Positions 27,398-37,239 of a stretch of 64,000 nt of DNA are shown here, piece by piece. The position numbers and the translations under genes were made by a program. Numbering within the stretch: position 1 is the first letter of the stretch; every line of letters starts with the position of its first letter. Source of the DNA: Candidatus Omnitrophota bacterium. Lineage in GTDB: Bacteria > Omnitrophota > Gorgyraeia > Zapsychrales > Fredricksoniimonadaceae. Location of the stretch: NCBI GenBank assembly GCA_028870995.1, contig JAGWOI010000007.1, positions 20,337-84,336 on the forward strand. The letters are read 5' to 3'. A model generated the notes under the pieces. It had not been told where the DNA came from and did not search any database. It saw only the letters and a program-made list of their open reading frames with translations.

Positions 27398-28309
27398 CTA
27401 CATACCCTTTTGGCTGATGATCTGCCGCTGCAGCAAGAACACCCTCGATTTTAAAACGGCGACATCTTCCTGAAGCACCTTGACCTGCCCTTGCATCTGG
27501 TTGTTACGGGCGTCTACCTGTGCCATTTCATGGACCAGTTCTTTTTTCCTGGTCTCCCACGACAGGGCGTCCAGCGCCGATGTCCTTAGCTCATCCAGGC
27601 GCATCTCATAGGCATTGATGTCGGTCTCCAGTTCTTCTTTGCGCTCCTGGAGTTTTTGCCGCCGCAAGTCTTTGAGGGCAACAGGATCCATGGCCGTCGA
27701 TTTCAGATCTTTCAGCTGCTTGGTCAACACCGCTTCCTTGCGGTTCTCATCCTCAAGTTGCTTATGCCAGGGTTCGAGCCCGGCTTCATCCTGAGGCGCA
27801 CCCTGATCTTGAAGCTGTTTTAACTTGGGCAGTATGTCCAACAGGTTCCTTTTCAAGCCGTGCGCCTGCTCCTTCAACTGGCGAACCTGCGGCCTTTCGG
27901 CCTTAATCGCCCGTTCCAATGCGGCGATGCGGATCTGCTGGTCCGTAGTCCCGCGGCGCTGCTGCAAAAACCGGGAAATCCGCTCATTCTTGTCCTGCTG
28001 CTCGGCGATCATGCGCCGTAATTGCTCCGCCTGGTCTTGCAGCTGCCGGTATTCCGACTGCAGTTGGGTGTTCTGCCCCATCAGCGTCTGGGCCCTGGCC
28101 TGGATCGTATCCAGCGTCATCTGCCAATCTTCCGGCGCGGAAGACGACGGTCCATGCGCCACCTGGGCGCACGCGTCAAAAGACCACCACAACAGGAACA
28201 AAACAACGATCAGAGGGAATCTCACGGTTTTATTATAGCGGGTTATCCCCTGGCGGGCAAGGACGAGACAATAAAAAATTGCCGGCAACTGCGACGGAGA
28301 CGCGGTCAA
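27398..28309 (-). CDS. Exported Gln-rich coiled-coil protein (start uncertain)
   Basis: Hydrophobic segment LIVVLFLLWWSFDACAQVA followed by ~230 aa of Q/E/R/L-rich heptad-like sequence. Confidence 0.45.
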   Translation of the reverse strand: MTASPSQLPAIFYCLVLARQGITRYNKTVRFPLIVVLFLLWWSFDACAQVAHGPSSSAPEDWQMTLDTIQARAQTLMGQNTQLQSEYRQLQDQAEQLRRMIAEQQDKNERISRFLQQRRGTTDQQIRIAALERAIKAERPQVRQLKEQAHGLKRNLLDILPKLKQLQDQGAPQDEAGLEPWHKQLEDENRKEAVLTKQLKDLKSTAMDPVALKDLRRQKLQERKEELETDINAYEMRLDELRTSALDALSWETRKKELVHEMAQVDARNNQMQGQVKVLQEDVAVLKSRVFLLQRQIISQKGM

Positions 28310-28336
28310 CCGGCAATTTTTTATTATGATACTTGA

Positions 28337-28771
28337 TTATTCTTTGGCAGGCAACAACCGGGCATCGGCCGAGAGGCGGCCCGCGCCTTCCAACAATAAA
28401 AATATCAAACACATCAGCATGGCAAAATCCAGGCGCGATTCATGCACCGCCGGCCAAAACCCTTTATGCAGGAACATGGGGACCTTGGTGGACAGAATGG
28501 CAACGCTGATATTAATGATAAGCGGGATGGCAGCCAATCTGGTGAACAGCCCCGCTATCAAAAGCAAGCCGCAGATGATTTCCGCCCCTGCGGAAAAATG
28601 GACCATCACATGAGGCCAGGGAATGCCGATCTTGATAAAACGTCCTACACCGAGGGTGTCCGGGAACAGATACTTTTGAACACCTTCCACAAAAAACACA
28701 TAACCGGTGATGCACCGGACAAAGACCGTTGACGCCGGTGCGGTAGAATTTTTGAGCAGGAAATCTGTCAT
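28337..28771 (-). CDS. DoxX-family membrane protein
   Basis: 144 aa, 4 TM. DoxX-like layout. Confidence 0.55.
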   Translation of the reverse strand: MTDFLLKNSTAPASTVFVRCITGYVFFVEGVQKYLFPDTLGVGRFIKIGIPWPHVMVHFSAGAEIICGLLLIAGLFTRLAAIPLIINISVAILSTKVPMFLHKGFWPAVHESRLDFAMLMCLIFLLLEGAGRLSADARLLPAKE

Positions 28772-28794
28772 GGGTTTTCTCCTAAAATAAACGG

Positions 28795-29259
28795 TTAAAG
28801 TTTTTGGCCCGCCTCTTTGATGTCATTGGTTAAATCTTCCAGCTCGTCCTTGGCATCGCCGCCGTAGCTTTTGAGCACTTCCACCTCGCGCAGCGCGGCC
28901 TGCACATAGGCTTCGCCCAGATACTCCCTGGCCTCGGGAAATCTCGGACGCAGTTCAAGGGCCTTTTTGTAGTTGGCCAGAGCCTCATCGATCAACCCGA
29001 TCTTGCGCTGGGTGTGTGCCAGCATATTGAGGATGTCCGGATTATTGGGATCCTGTCTCAGGGCCTGCTCAAAAAGCGGCAGTGCCTTTTGGAAATCATT
29101 GGCCTGACCGGCTGCGATCCCCTGGTCGTAGAGGGACACGGTTTGCGCGCCTGCAGCCTTGTCGTTGACGGCCATGGCTTGGGGCGGTGTCTCATTGGCA
29201 CTGCAGATCCCGGCCGCCAACAGGGTCATCCCGGTTAGAACGACTATCATATATCTCAT
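28795..29259 (-). CDS. Secreted TPR-repeat protein
   Basis: Signal peptide. TPR-like motifs (ALPLFEQALRQDPNNPDILNMLA, ALANYKKALELRPRFPEAREYLG). Confidence 0.6.
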   Translation of the reverse strand: MRYMIVVLTGMTLLAAGICSANETPPQAMAVNDKAAGAQTVSLYDQGIAAGQANDFQKALPLFEQALRQDPNNPDILNMLAHTQRKIGLIDEALANYKKALELRPRFPEAREYLGEAYVQAALREVEVLKSYGGDAKDELEDLTNDIKEAGQKL

Positions 29260-29358
29260 GTATTGCTCCTTTCCTTGAGGGTTCGAAAGGAGTATAGACG
29301 CCCATCCTGACAGGCAGATGACCGCCAGATTACATTTTGGTAATCTTGGGGGAACGGC

Positions 29359-30681
29359 TTACTGGAGAGGCAAGGTGACGGTAAAGGTGCTGCCTTGGCC
29401 AAGGGCGCTTCGGACGGCAAGCTTTCCGCCCATCGCCGACACCATGGACCTTGCGTAACTTAAGCCTAAGCCGTTACCTGGCAGGGAGCGGCTGGATTCC
29501 ACACGGTAGAATTTTTCGAAAACCTTCTTCTGTTGGTCGTCGGCGATCCCTATACCGGTGTCCTGGATGCTGATGAGCGCCTGGGCATCGGCTCTTTTAA
29601 CCTCAACCCGAATTTTTCCATTGGAAGGAGTGAATTTAATAGCATTATCTAAAAGATTGGCCACCGCCCGTTGCAGGCGCGAAGGCTCGGCCAGGACCAT
29701 TAAGGATTTTTCAGGAACCATTACTTCAAGGTCGATGCCTCTTTCTTCGGCCGCGGGCCCGAACAATTCGCATCCCCTGTTCACCAGGGCCGTAACATCC
29801 ACCATCACCCTTTCGCCTTTTTTAAGGCCGGCATCCGCTTGAGCAATATCCAGCATGGTGGCGATCATGCCTCCCAGGCGGTCACATTCCTCGACGATCG
29901 CCCCCAGGCTCTCCTGATAAGAACTTTGGGGCTGGTTCAAGGCGCCTTCCGCCAGGCCCCGCATGCGCGTGATAGGGGTACGCAGATCATGGGCGACATT
30001 ATCAGTCACCTCCGTCAGCCCTCTCATTAGGCTTTCGATACGGGCCATGGCCTTCTGCGCTTCGGCCCAGGCCAAGGCGATACCGCAGACCAAGAGCACC
30101 ATGACGGCTCCGCCAAAGACCTTTCTATAAACCCCCAGCAATTCCTCCTCATCATTCATGGTCTTGCCGATCTGAATAACGTAACGGCCATGATCAACGG
30201 CCCGGGAAATGATCCGAATTTTAAAATTCCTGTCCGCAGGCTTAAGCGTCCGGTAAAGTGTCGGCCAACCCTTCAGCGTCAGGCCGGCCCACCGGCTCAT
30301 CTGAGGAAAATTCAGGCAGGGCCATTTTAAAGGATCCGAAGTGGCCACCACTTTAAGATCCGAGGTCAAAAGCCGGTAGAATATCCTGTTCTTACCCTCC
30401 TGTTCGATGTTCTCCCGGATCCCCGTTTCGATATCCTTAAGCGGCATGACGGCAAATTCTCCATCCATCTTGGCGGTCTGCGCCAGCAACCCGCGGTCCA
30501 CCACATGAAGAAGATCGGCCGTCAGGATCCGGTAACTGATAAAAAAAACAATGCTTAAAGATATGATAAAAAGACCGGCATACCAGGCGGTCAGGTGAAA
30601 AGAAAAAGATTGAAAGACGCTAGCCCTTGTCTTCGATAACATAGCCAAAACCCCTGACCGTGTGCAATAATTTCTTTTCAA
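29359..30681 (-). CDS. Sensor histidine kinase (CusS/CopS-like)
   Basis: Two TM segments. H-box VAHDLRTPITRM. HATPase region IQDTGIGI...GLGLS. Confidence 0.8.
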   Translation of the reverse strand: MKRNYCTRSGVLAMLSKTRASVFQSFSFHLTAWYAGLFIISLSIVFFISYRILTADLLHVVDRGLLAQTAKMDGEFAVMPLKDIETGIRENIEQEGKNRIFYRLLTSDLKVVATSDPLKWPCLNFPQMSRWAGLTLKGWPTLYRTLKPADRNFKIRIISRAVDHGRYVIQIGKTMNDEEELLGVYRKVFGGAVMVLLVCGIALAWAEAQKAMARIESLMRGLTEVTDNVAHDLRTPITRMRGLAEGALNQPQSSYQESLGAIVEECDRLGGMIATMLDIAQADAGLKKGERVMVDVTALVNRGCELFGPAAEERGIDLEVMVPEKSLMVLAEPSRLQRAVANLLDNAIKFTPSNGKIRVEVKRADAQALISIQDTGIGIADDQQKKVFEKFYRVESSRSLPGNGLGLSYARSMVSAMGGKLAVRSALGQGSTFTVTLPLQ

Positions 30682-31297
30682 AGGGCCGGTCGATCTTGTC
30701 CCTCAAACGGCATATCCGGGTTTCGATCACGTTGGTTTCCGGATCAAAATTGTAGTCCCAAACGTGCTCAATGATCATGGTCTTGGAAACCACCCGGCCG
30801 GCATTGCGCATGAGGTATTCCAGAAGCAAAAATTCTCCGGCTTGCAAGACAATCTCTCTGCCGTGGCGAAAAACCTTGCGGCGCAGCACGTCGAGGCGCA
30901 AATCGGCCACCTCGAGGCTTCCCGCTTCTGGATTCAAATTGGCCCGCCTCAGGAGGGCCTGGATCCGGGCCAGCAATTCGGAGAAGGCGAAGGGCTTGAC
31001 CAAATAATCATCGCCGCCGGCCTGCAAGCCTTTGACCCGGTCATCAGTGGAATCCTTGGCGCTCAGGACCAGCACCGGGGTGGTGACTTTACGCTGACGC
31101 AGGCGGCTGATCAGGCTCAATCCGTCAAGCTTAGGCAACATGATGTCCACCACCGCCAGATCATATTCCTCGTGGACGGCAAAATGAAGACCTTCTTCAC
31201 CGTCGGCAACATGGTTGACGGTGAAACCCGCCTCTTTAAGGCCTTTAAGGATAAAGGATGCGGTGCGCGTGTCGTCTTCGACCAGCAGGATTTTCAT
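30620..31297 (-). CDS. OmpR-family response regulator (CusR/CopR-like)
   Basis: MKILLVEDDTRTASFILKGLKEAGF...VKPFAFSELLARIQALLRR closely parallels E. coli CusR. Winged-helix C-terminus. Confidence 0.85.
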   Translation of the reverse strand: MKILLVEDDTRTASFILKGLKEAGFTVNHVADGEEGLHFAVHEEYDLAVVDIMLPKLDGLSLISRLRQRKVTTPVLVLSAKDSTDDRVKGLQAGGDDYLVKPFAFSELLARIQALLRRANLNPEAGSLEVADLRLDVLRRKVFRHGREIVLQAGEFLLLEYLMRNAGRVVSKTMIIEHVWDYNFDPETNVIETRICRLRDKIDRPFEKKLLHTVRGFGYVIEDKG

Positions 31298-31938
31298 GAG
31301 GTTTTTCCCAAATTGCTGACAAAGACAAACCCCTGCCGGCGGCCGCCGGCAGGATCTCTGAGCTGAGAGGTCATCCTGGCCGCTTCCTCAGGAGAGCATT
31401 CATCTTCAAACTTGACTGTCAATTTGCGGGTGGGTTTGGAACGGTTATGCACCTTGGCCACCGGCTCCTGCCCGAGGAAACAGCCCTTTGTGTAGGATAC
31501 ATAATTGTATTCATGCACATTGAGGATGAATTCATCAGCCTGGTAATCGACGCCCATGAGCGGCACCTGGCGGTCAAGGCGAAAGCGGGTGAACTCCTCA
31601 TCAAAAACGCTGCCGGCATGCGCTGCCGCTTCCCATAAGACCGTACCGGTATCCGCATCCATATAGGTCCCCAGCGCGGAGGGCTCCAGCTTCACATGGC
31701 TCAGGCGCGCGTAGCGTTCCAGATGCTTTAAAAGGTTTTCCACCGCCACCACAGGAACGGCGATAAGAAACTCTTCGTCGCTGGTCCTCTTCTGACGAAA
31801 GGTGGCGATGATGCGTCCGTGCTGGTTTAAGAAAGCATTCAGCGAAGCTTCCAGGGTGTTGGAGGTCAATCCGTTCAAGAACCCGTCGGCGTTACCCTTC
31901 AGGCTTAAAACTGTGTCATTGAGTTTAAATAAACGCAT
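31294..31938 (-). CDS. YgfZ/folate-binding (GcvT-like) family protein
   Basis: Conserved KGCFLGQE motif (YgfZ K-G-C-Y/F-x-G-Q-E). Confidence 0.6.
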   Translation of the reverse strand: MRLFKLNDTVLSLKGNADGFLNGLTSNTLEASLNAFLNQHGRIIATFRQKRTSDEEFLIAVPVVAVENLLKHLERYARLSHVKLEPSALGTYMDADTGTVLWEAAAHAGSVFDEEFTRFRLDRQVPLMGVDYQADEFILNVHEYNYVSYTKGCFLGQEPVAKVHNRSKPTRKLTVKFEDECSPEEAARMTSQLRDPAGGRRQGFVFVSNLGKTS

Positions 31939-33471
31939 TTATCCTTTTGAAATTTTACGCGCCAGGGCCAGGGCTTCAACCCTGGTCTTGATCTTACCCA
32001 GGGCGTGCGCTTCTTCGACTTCAGTCAATATCTTGCCAAAAATCGGCGATGGCTTCAACTTCAGGACCTTGATCAGATCATGCCCCGATAACAGCCGCTC
32101 CCGGGGCTTTTGATTTTTCAATTCAAAATAGCGGTCGATAAGCATGCGGCAAATTTTGGCATGGTGCTTGTGCCTAGCTTGGGTGGTCAAGGGCCCGCGG
32201 GTGGCGGCCTGGTCGGCCATGGCCAGGATCGCCAGACTCACCGCTTCCCCGCCCGTGTCGCGCAGATACCTGAAGACCGCTTTTTCGCTGGGCCGCTTAA
32301 AATTTGCCAGGTAGCCCGGCCTTAAATGCAGGCGCACCGCGTCCTCCAGGAAATACCGCTCTTTAACGGCCACTTTCAGCTGCTTGGACACCTGCCGGCA
32401 AATATACTCCCCCACATGTTCATGACCATGAAAGCTGGTACGGCCCTTTTCTCGGCTCCGGGTTTCCGGCTTGCCGATATCATGCAACAAAATGGCCAGC
32501 TTCAACAGCGAGGCCCGCGTGTGCCCGCCGCCGATAATCTCCTGCAGATAAGGCTTAACACGTCCGTCGGCGCACATAGCATCGATGATTTTCTCGAGGC
32601 GGCGCAGCGCCTCCAGGGAATGCCGCCAGACATCCAGGTGATGATAACCGCCCTGGTGCACCTTATACATGACGGTGATTTGCGGGATGACCTTGGGCAA
32701 TAGCCCTATCTTGTCCATGGCAGCCAGGGCGTCGTGGGCGCGAGGGGAAGCTAAAATCTTAAAAATCTCCTCGCGAATCCTTTCCGCGGCAACATTTGAA
32801 ATCAAGGCCGCCTCTTTTTTGATGTGGAGCAAGGTGCGGCCTTCGATCTTAAAACCCAAACTGGCCGACAGGCTGAAGGCACGCAGTAATCTTAAGGGGT
32901 CGTCTTTAAAGACCTCCGGCCCCGCCATCCGCACCACTCCAGCCCTAATATCACGGCCTGAATCTTTGAGCTCAAGGATCACCTCCTCACCTGCCGCCTT
33001 CATATCCCAGGCCAGCGCATTGACGGTAAAGTCCCTTAATTGGAGGTCCTGTTGAATGCTTTTGCCGCGCCAGTCGGAGAGGTCAAAGGTCCAGACGCTG
33101 CCGTCCTGATTTTTGACGATACGGGCCGCCCCATGTTCCTGGTCAAGCAAAACAAAGGCGCCTTTCAGGCGCCGGGCCAGTTTACGGGCCAGAGCAATGG
33201 CATCCTTGTCGACGGCAAAATCAAAGTCGCTGCAGGAACGGCCGAGCCGGTAGTCCCGCAGCGCCCCGCCTACAAGGAAGACGCGGCGGTCCACGCCCTT
33301 GAGCGCGTCACGGAATAATCGAAGTTGAGGATAAAATTCGAACAGGGACATCATATGCGTTAAGGGCCCTGGAAAGTCGTTTTGAAACCGCCGGAGCCCC
33401 CCATCTACATAGAAAAGATGGGCGGAAAAAGGCGACCGTGGTTGAAAAAATGACTCCCCAAGGCCCATCAT
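31939..33471 (-). CDS. cca: CCA tRNA nucleotidyltransferase/poly(A) polymerase with HD domain (true start possibly internal MMSLFEF)
   Basis: Pol-beta head FLVGGALRDYRLGRSCSDFDFAV. HD motif LLHDIGKPETR. Confidence 0.75.
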   Translation of the reverse strand: MMGLGESFFQPRSPFSAHLFYVDGGLRRFQNDFPGPLTHMMSLFEFYPQLRLFRDALKGVDRRVFLVGGALRDYRLGRSCSDFDFAVDKDAIALARKLARRLKGAFVLLDQEHGAARIVKNQDGSVWTFDLSDWRGKSIQQDLQLRDFTVNALAWDMKAAGEEVILELKDSGRDIRAGVVRMAGPEVFKDDPLRLLRAFSLSASLGFKIEGRTLLHIKKEAALISNVAAERIREEIFKILASPRAHDALAAMDKIGLLPKVIPQITVMYKVHQGGYHHLDVWRHSLEALRRLEKIIDAMCADGRVKPYLQEIIGGGHTRASLLKLAILLHDIGKPETRSREKGRTSFHGHEHVGEYICRQVSKQLKVAVKERYFLEDAVRLHLRPGYLANFKRPSEKAVFRYLRDTGGEAVSLAILAMADQAATRGPLTTQARHKHHAKICRMLIDRYFELKNQKPRERLLSGHDLIKVLKLKPSPIFGKILTEVEEAHALGKIKTRVEALALARKISKG

Positions 33472-33476
33472 GAAAT

Positions 33477-33881
33477 TTACGGCTGAGACAACGACGATTT
33501 CTGCAAGACTTCCTCGTCGACAAAGATCGGCGCCTTCAGGCGCACGGCCAGGGCGATGCTGTCTGAAGGCCTGGAATCGACGGCCTTGACCTGGCCGTTG
33601 GCGGTCTTGATCTCCAGCTTGGCATGAAAGGTGTTGTTGACCAGCTTGTCGATCACGATCCTTTCCAAGTGCCCTCCCAGGACCTTGATGACATTGACCA
33701 AAAGATCATGGGTCATGGGGCGGGGCACATCGACGCCGGAGACCTTGATTTTGATGGAGGAGGCTTCCATAAAACCGATGACGATGGGGATCTGGCGCTC
33801 CCCGTCCTTTTCCTTGAGGACGATCACCTGGTCCTGACGTTTCTCGTCTATAATGATGCGGGACAATTCGACTTGTACCAT
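33477..33881 (-). CDS. DUF151 bifunctional-nuclease-domain protein
   Basis: 134 aa matching the BFN/DUF151 pattern (VIVLKEKDGERQIPIVIG...PMTHDLLVNVIKVLG...DSRPSDSIALAVR). Confidence 0.65.
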   Translation of the reverse strand: MVQVELSRIIIDEKRQDQVIVLKEKDGERQIPIVIGFMEASSIKIKVSGVDVPRPMTHDLLVNVIKVLGGHLERIVIDKLVNNTFHAKLEIKTANGQVKAVDSRPSDSIALAVRLKAPIFVDEEVLQKSSLSQP

Positions 33882-33882
33882 G

Positions 33883-34374
33883 TCACTTTTTAACCTTTTT
33901 ATATTTTAACTTTTTCAGTTTATTTTTGCTTAAAATTGACTGCAATTCGCTCATAAACTGGTTGACGTCCCGAAACTGCCGGTAAACCGAGGCGAAACGC
34001 ACATAGGCCACTTCGTCCAGGACGCTCAAACGGTTCATGACCATCTCGCCGATGTCTTTGGACAAGATCTCGCGGTCGTACTTTTTGCGGATGGCATGCT
34101 CGATATCATCCACCATGGCCTCGATAGCCTCCACGCTGACCGGCCGTTTCTCGCAGGCCTTGATGAGCCCGTTCAAGAGGCGCGTGCGGTCAAAACCCTG
34201 ACGGCGGCCGTCACGTTTGACGACCATCAGGGGAACTTCCTCGATGTACTCGTAGGTGGTAAACCGCTCCTCGCATTTGGAGCACTGGCGGCGACGGCGG
34301 ATGGAAGTCCCGTCGCTGTTAAGCCTGGAATCCATCACATTGGTGCCTTTATAACCGCAAGAAGGACAACGCAT
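33883..34374 (-). CDS. nrdR: Transcriptional repressor NrdR
   Basis: MRCPSCGYKGTNVMDSRLNSDGTSIRRRRQCSKCEERFTTYE zinc ribbon plus ATP-cone. Confidence 0.85.
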   Translation of the reverse strand: MRCPSCGYKGTNVMDSRLNSDGTSIRRRRQCSKCEERFTTYEYIEEVPLMVVKRDGRRQGFDRTRLLNGLIKACEKRPVSVEAIEAMVDDIEHAIRKKYDREILSKDIGEMVMNRLSVLDEVAYVRFASVYRQFRDVNQFMSELQSILSKNKLKKLKYKKVKK

Positions 34375-34388
34375 ACTAAAAACCGCCT

Positions 34389-35651
34389 CTACTTGGTCAG
34401 GAGGGCCGCCGTCTTATCCGTGTAAATGGGAAATTCACCGGCCAGGGCCTGAACTTCACGGCGCACCTTTTCCAATTCGTTTTCCTGGTCGCGGTTGACC
34501 ACACAGCGGTCGATCAACGACGCGATCGTGGCCATCTGCCCTTCCTTCATGCCCCGGGTGGTGACGGCCGGCGTCCCGATACGCACACCGCTGGTCACGG
34601 TCGGCGGCTGAGAGTCAAAGGGCACCAGGTTCTTGTTGACCGTGATCTGCACCTTGTCCAGCAGGGTGGCCGCATCCTTGCCGGTGATGTTCTTGGGGCG
34701 CAGGTCCACCATGAACAAATGATTATCGGTGCCGCCGGTGACAATGCGGAATCCCCTGGAGCTCAGAGCATCGGCAAAAGCCTTGGCATTGGCCACCACC
34801 TGCTTTTGATATTCTTTAAACTCCGGCGACAAGGCCTCTTTGAACGCCACGGCCTTGGCGGCGATGATATGCATCAAGGGACCGCCCTGAATGCCCGGAA
34901 AAATCGCGCTGTCGACTTTCTTGGCAAATTCCGCGTTACAAATGATCATACCTCCGCGCGGGCCGCGCAGGGTCTTATGGGTCGTGGTAGTCACAAAATG
35001 TGAATGCGGCACGGGGTTGGGATAAAGCCCCGCAGCGACCAGGCCTGCAAAATGCGCCATATCCGTAAACAGCAGGGCGCCGACCTTGTCGGCAATCACG
35101 CGGAAACGTTTGAAATCCAAAACCCTTGAATAGGCCGAATACCCCGCCACGATCATTTTCGGTTTATGCTCGATGGCCAGGCGCTCGACCTCATCCATGT
35201 CGATGAGCTCGCTCTTGGGGTCGACCTTGTAGGAGACAAAATTATATAACCGCCCGGAAATATTGATCTTTAACCCGTGGGTCAGGTGGCCGCCGCAAGC
35301 CAGGTCCAGGCCCATGACGGTATCCCCGGGCTTGAGCACCGCCATGTACACCGCGGTGTTGGCCTGGGAGCCAGAATGGGGCTGCACATTGACATGGTCC
35401 CCGCCGAAAAGCTGTTGGGCCCGGGCCTGTGCCAGGCGCTCAGCCTCGTCGACAAATTTGCAGCCGTTGTACCAGCGCGCCGCAGGGTAGCCTTCCGCGT
35501 ATTTGTTGGTCAGCACGCTGCCGGCCGCTTCCAGCACTGCCGGAGAGACAATATTCTCCGAGGCGATCAACTCCAGGTTGTTTTGCTGGCGCTTAAGCTC
35601 CTGCTGGACGGCCTGGTAAATTTCGGGGTCCACATCTTTCAAATGCTTCAT
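34389..35651 (-). CDS. glyA: Serine hydroxymethyltransferase
   Basis: Full-length SHMT similarity, including the PLP region [14 protein letters not shown]. Confidence 0.95.
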   Translation of the reverse strand: MKHLKDVDPEIYQAVQQELKRQQNNLELIASENIVSPAVLEAAGSVLTNKYAEGYPAARWYNGCKFVDEAERLAQARAQQLFGGDHVNVQPHSGSQANTAVYMAVLKPGDTVMGLDLACGGHLTHGLKINISGRLYNFVSYKVDPKSELIDMDEVERLAIEHKPKMIVAGYSAYSRVLDFKRFRVIADKVGALLFTDMAHFAGLVAAGLYPNPVPHSHFVTTTTHKTLRGPRGGMIICNAEFAKKVDSAIFPGIQGGPLMHIIAAKAVAFKEALSPEFKEYQKQVVANAKAFADALSSRGFRIVTGGTDNHLFMVDLRPKNITGKDAATLLDKVQITVNKNLVPFDSQPPTVTSGVRIGTPAVTTRGMKEGQMATIASLIDRCVVNRDQENELEKVRREVQALAGEFPIYTDKTAALLTK

Positions 35652-35710
35652 TTCGAGTGCTCCTTCCCTAAAACCAATAAATTTTAATTCTAGAAGACTG
35701 CCGTATCCCT

Positions 35711-36172
35711 TTAAATCTTCCCTTCAGAAACGGCCCTTTCTATATTTTGAATTTGTTCTTTGCGGCGTTGGTGCCGGCCCCCTTCAAAAGCCGTTGATAA
35801 CCAGATCTTGACGATTTCCAGGATGTCCGCGTCGTTAACAAACTTGGCCCCCAGCACCAGCACATTGCTGTCATTATGCTGCCGGGAAAGCAGGGCGGCT
35901 TCCTTGTTATAGACCAGGGCCGCATAGATCCCCGGCACCTTGTTGGCAGCAATGGAATGGCCGATGCCGGACATGCACAGCAGGATGCCGCGGCTTGCGG
36001 CCTCGGCCTTTACCCGGCGGGCAACGTCCAGGGCGATCTGAGGATAATCGCAGGCAGCCCCTTCGTCATGCGTACCCATGTCCACCGGCTCATGCCCCAA
36101 ACTTTCAAGGATGCCGGCCACCTTCGCCTTCAATTGAAAACCGCGGTGGTCGGAACCGATAAACACTTTCAT
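35711..36172 (-). CDS. rpiB: Ribose-5-phosphate isomerase B
   Basis: [15 protein letters not shown]... RpiB/LacAB family. Confidence 0.85.
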   Translation of the reverse strand: MKVFIGSDHRGFQLKAKVAGILESLGHEPVDMGTHDEGAACDYPQIALDVARRVKAEAASRGILLCMSGIGHSIAANKVPGIYAALVYNKEAALLSRQHNDSNVLVLGAKFVNDADILEIVKIWLSTAFEGGRHQRRKEQIQNIERAVSEGKI

Positions 36173-37239
36173 TAAAGCAACCTCTCTATTTTTTCAACCG
36201 CTTCCTGAATCATCCCCAGGCATTCCTGATAAGCGGCATGCGGCTGGCCGATGGGGTCCGGCACGTCCAAATCAGCTTCAAATCCGCGGGCGTTATTGGC
36301 GAATTCCCTTAACAAATAGACCCTCTTTTCCACCGATGGCACGCGTTCCAGGATCTGGGCCCGGTGGGCGCGGGTCATGGCAAAGATCAGATCCGATTTC
36401 TTTAACATGATCGAACCCAGCGGCCTGGAAATATGGGGGGCGGCATTAATGCCCTTATCCCTTAAAACCGCAATCGTCTCATGGCTCGCCGGCGACTTGA
36501 AAAAGACGCTGGTCCCCGCCGAATGAACTTCCACGTCTTCCCTGCCGATCAATTTGGCTTTCAGCAGGTATTCCGCCATCACCGAACGGCAGCTGTTGCC
36601 GGTGCACACAAACAGCACGCACTTCTTGCTGATGGTGCGGTCCACATCCGGCTGGGTGATGACACCTTCCCGGATGACGGTCGGGTGTGTCTTGGTAAAA
36701 TCCAGGATCGTCGAGGAGATCCCGAAATCCACCGGCCCCCCATCCAGCGCCAGGTCCACCTGGCCGTCCAAGTCTTGCAGGGCTTCCTGGCAATTGGTGG
36801 GCGGCTTCCTACCCTCCAGGTTGGCCGAGGGGGCGGCGATGGTACAGCCGCTTTCTTCCACCAGGCGCAGGGCCACGGTATGATCTGGCATACGGATGCC
36901 GAGCGTCTCGCCCTCATGACGGGACGGCACGATCACGGTCAGCGGGCCGGGCCAGTACTTGTCGACCACTTTGTACAGGTTCGGGTGCGTGTACGACGAA
37001 TAATTGTCAATAATCCCGCGCTGGGCGATCAAAATCGAAAAAAGCTTGCCGTCGGTCCGGCGCTTGACCGCGCGCAGTCGGTCCATGGTCCTGGGGTTGT
37101 TGGAGTCCGCGGCAATACCATAAACGGTTTCCGTCGGGAAAACGACCAGGCCGCCCTGGCGGATAATGCGCGCGGCTTCGGCCATTTTTTCCGGTTCAGG
37201 CAATGCTGAATTGACTTTTAAAACTTTAGTGGAGACCAT
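36172..37239 (-). CDS. Fusion: L-threonylcarbamoyladenylate synthase (TsaC/YrdC/Sua5 domain) + low-molecular-weight protein tyrosine phosphatase
   Basis: N-terminal YrdC fold LVVFPTETVYGIAAD. C-terminal LMW-PTP P-loop VLFVCTGNSCRS (CX5R) and DVPDP. Confidence 0.7.
   Translation of the reverse strand: MVSTKVLKVNSALPEPEKMAEAARIIRQGGLVVFPTETVYGIAADSNNPRTMDRLRAVKRRTDGKLFSILIAQRGIIDNYSSYTHPNLYKVVDKYWPGPLTVIVPSRHEGETLGIRMPDHTVALRLVEESGCTIAAPSANLEGRKPPTNCQEALQDLDGQVDLALDGGPVDFGISSTILDFTKTHPTVIREGVITQPDVDRTISKKCVLFVCTGNSCRSVMAEYLLKAKLIGREDVEVHSAGTSVFFKSPASHETIAVLRDKGINAAPHISRPLGSIMLKKSDLIFAMTRAHRAQILERVPSVEKRVYLLREFANNARGFEADLDVPDPIGQPHAAYQECLGMIQEAVEKIERLL

Noticed and set aside
29266-29292. 8-bp inverted repeat CTCCTTTC...GAAAGGAG between the histidine kinase and the TPR gene
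   Set aside because: It overlaps the SD of the TPR gene and lacks a U-tail. Probably just RBS-region symmetry.
36481-37209. 242-aa plus-strand ORF antisense to the tsaC-PTP fusion
   Set aside because: Same reasoning: high-GC antisense frame without features.
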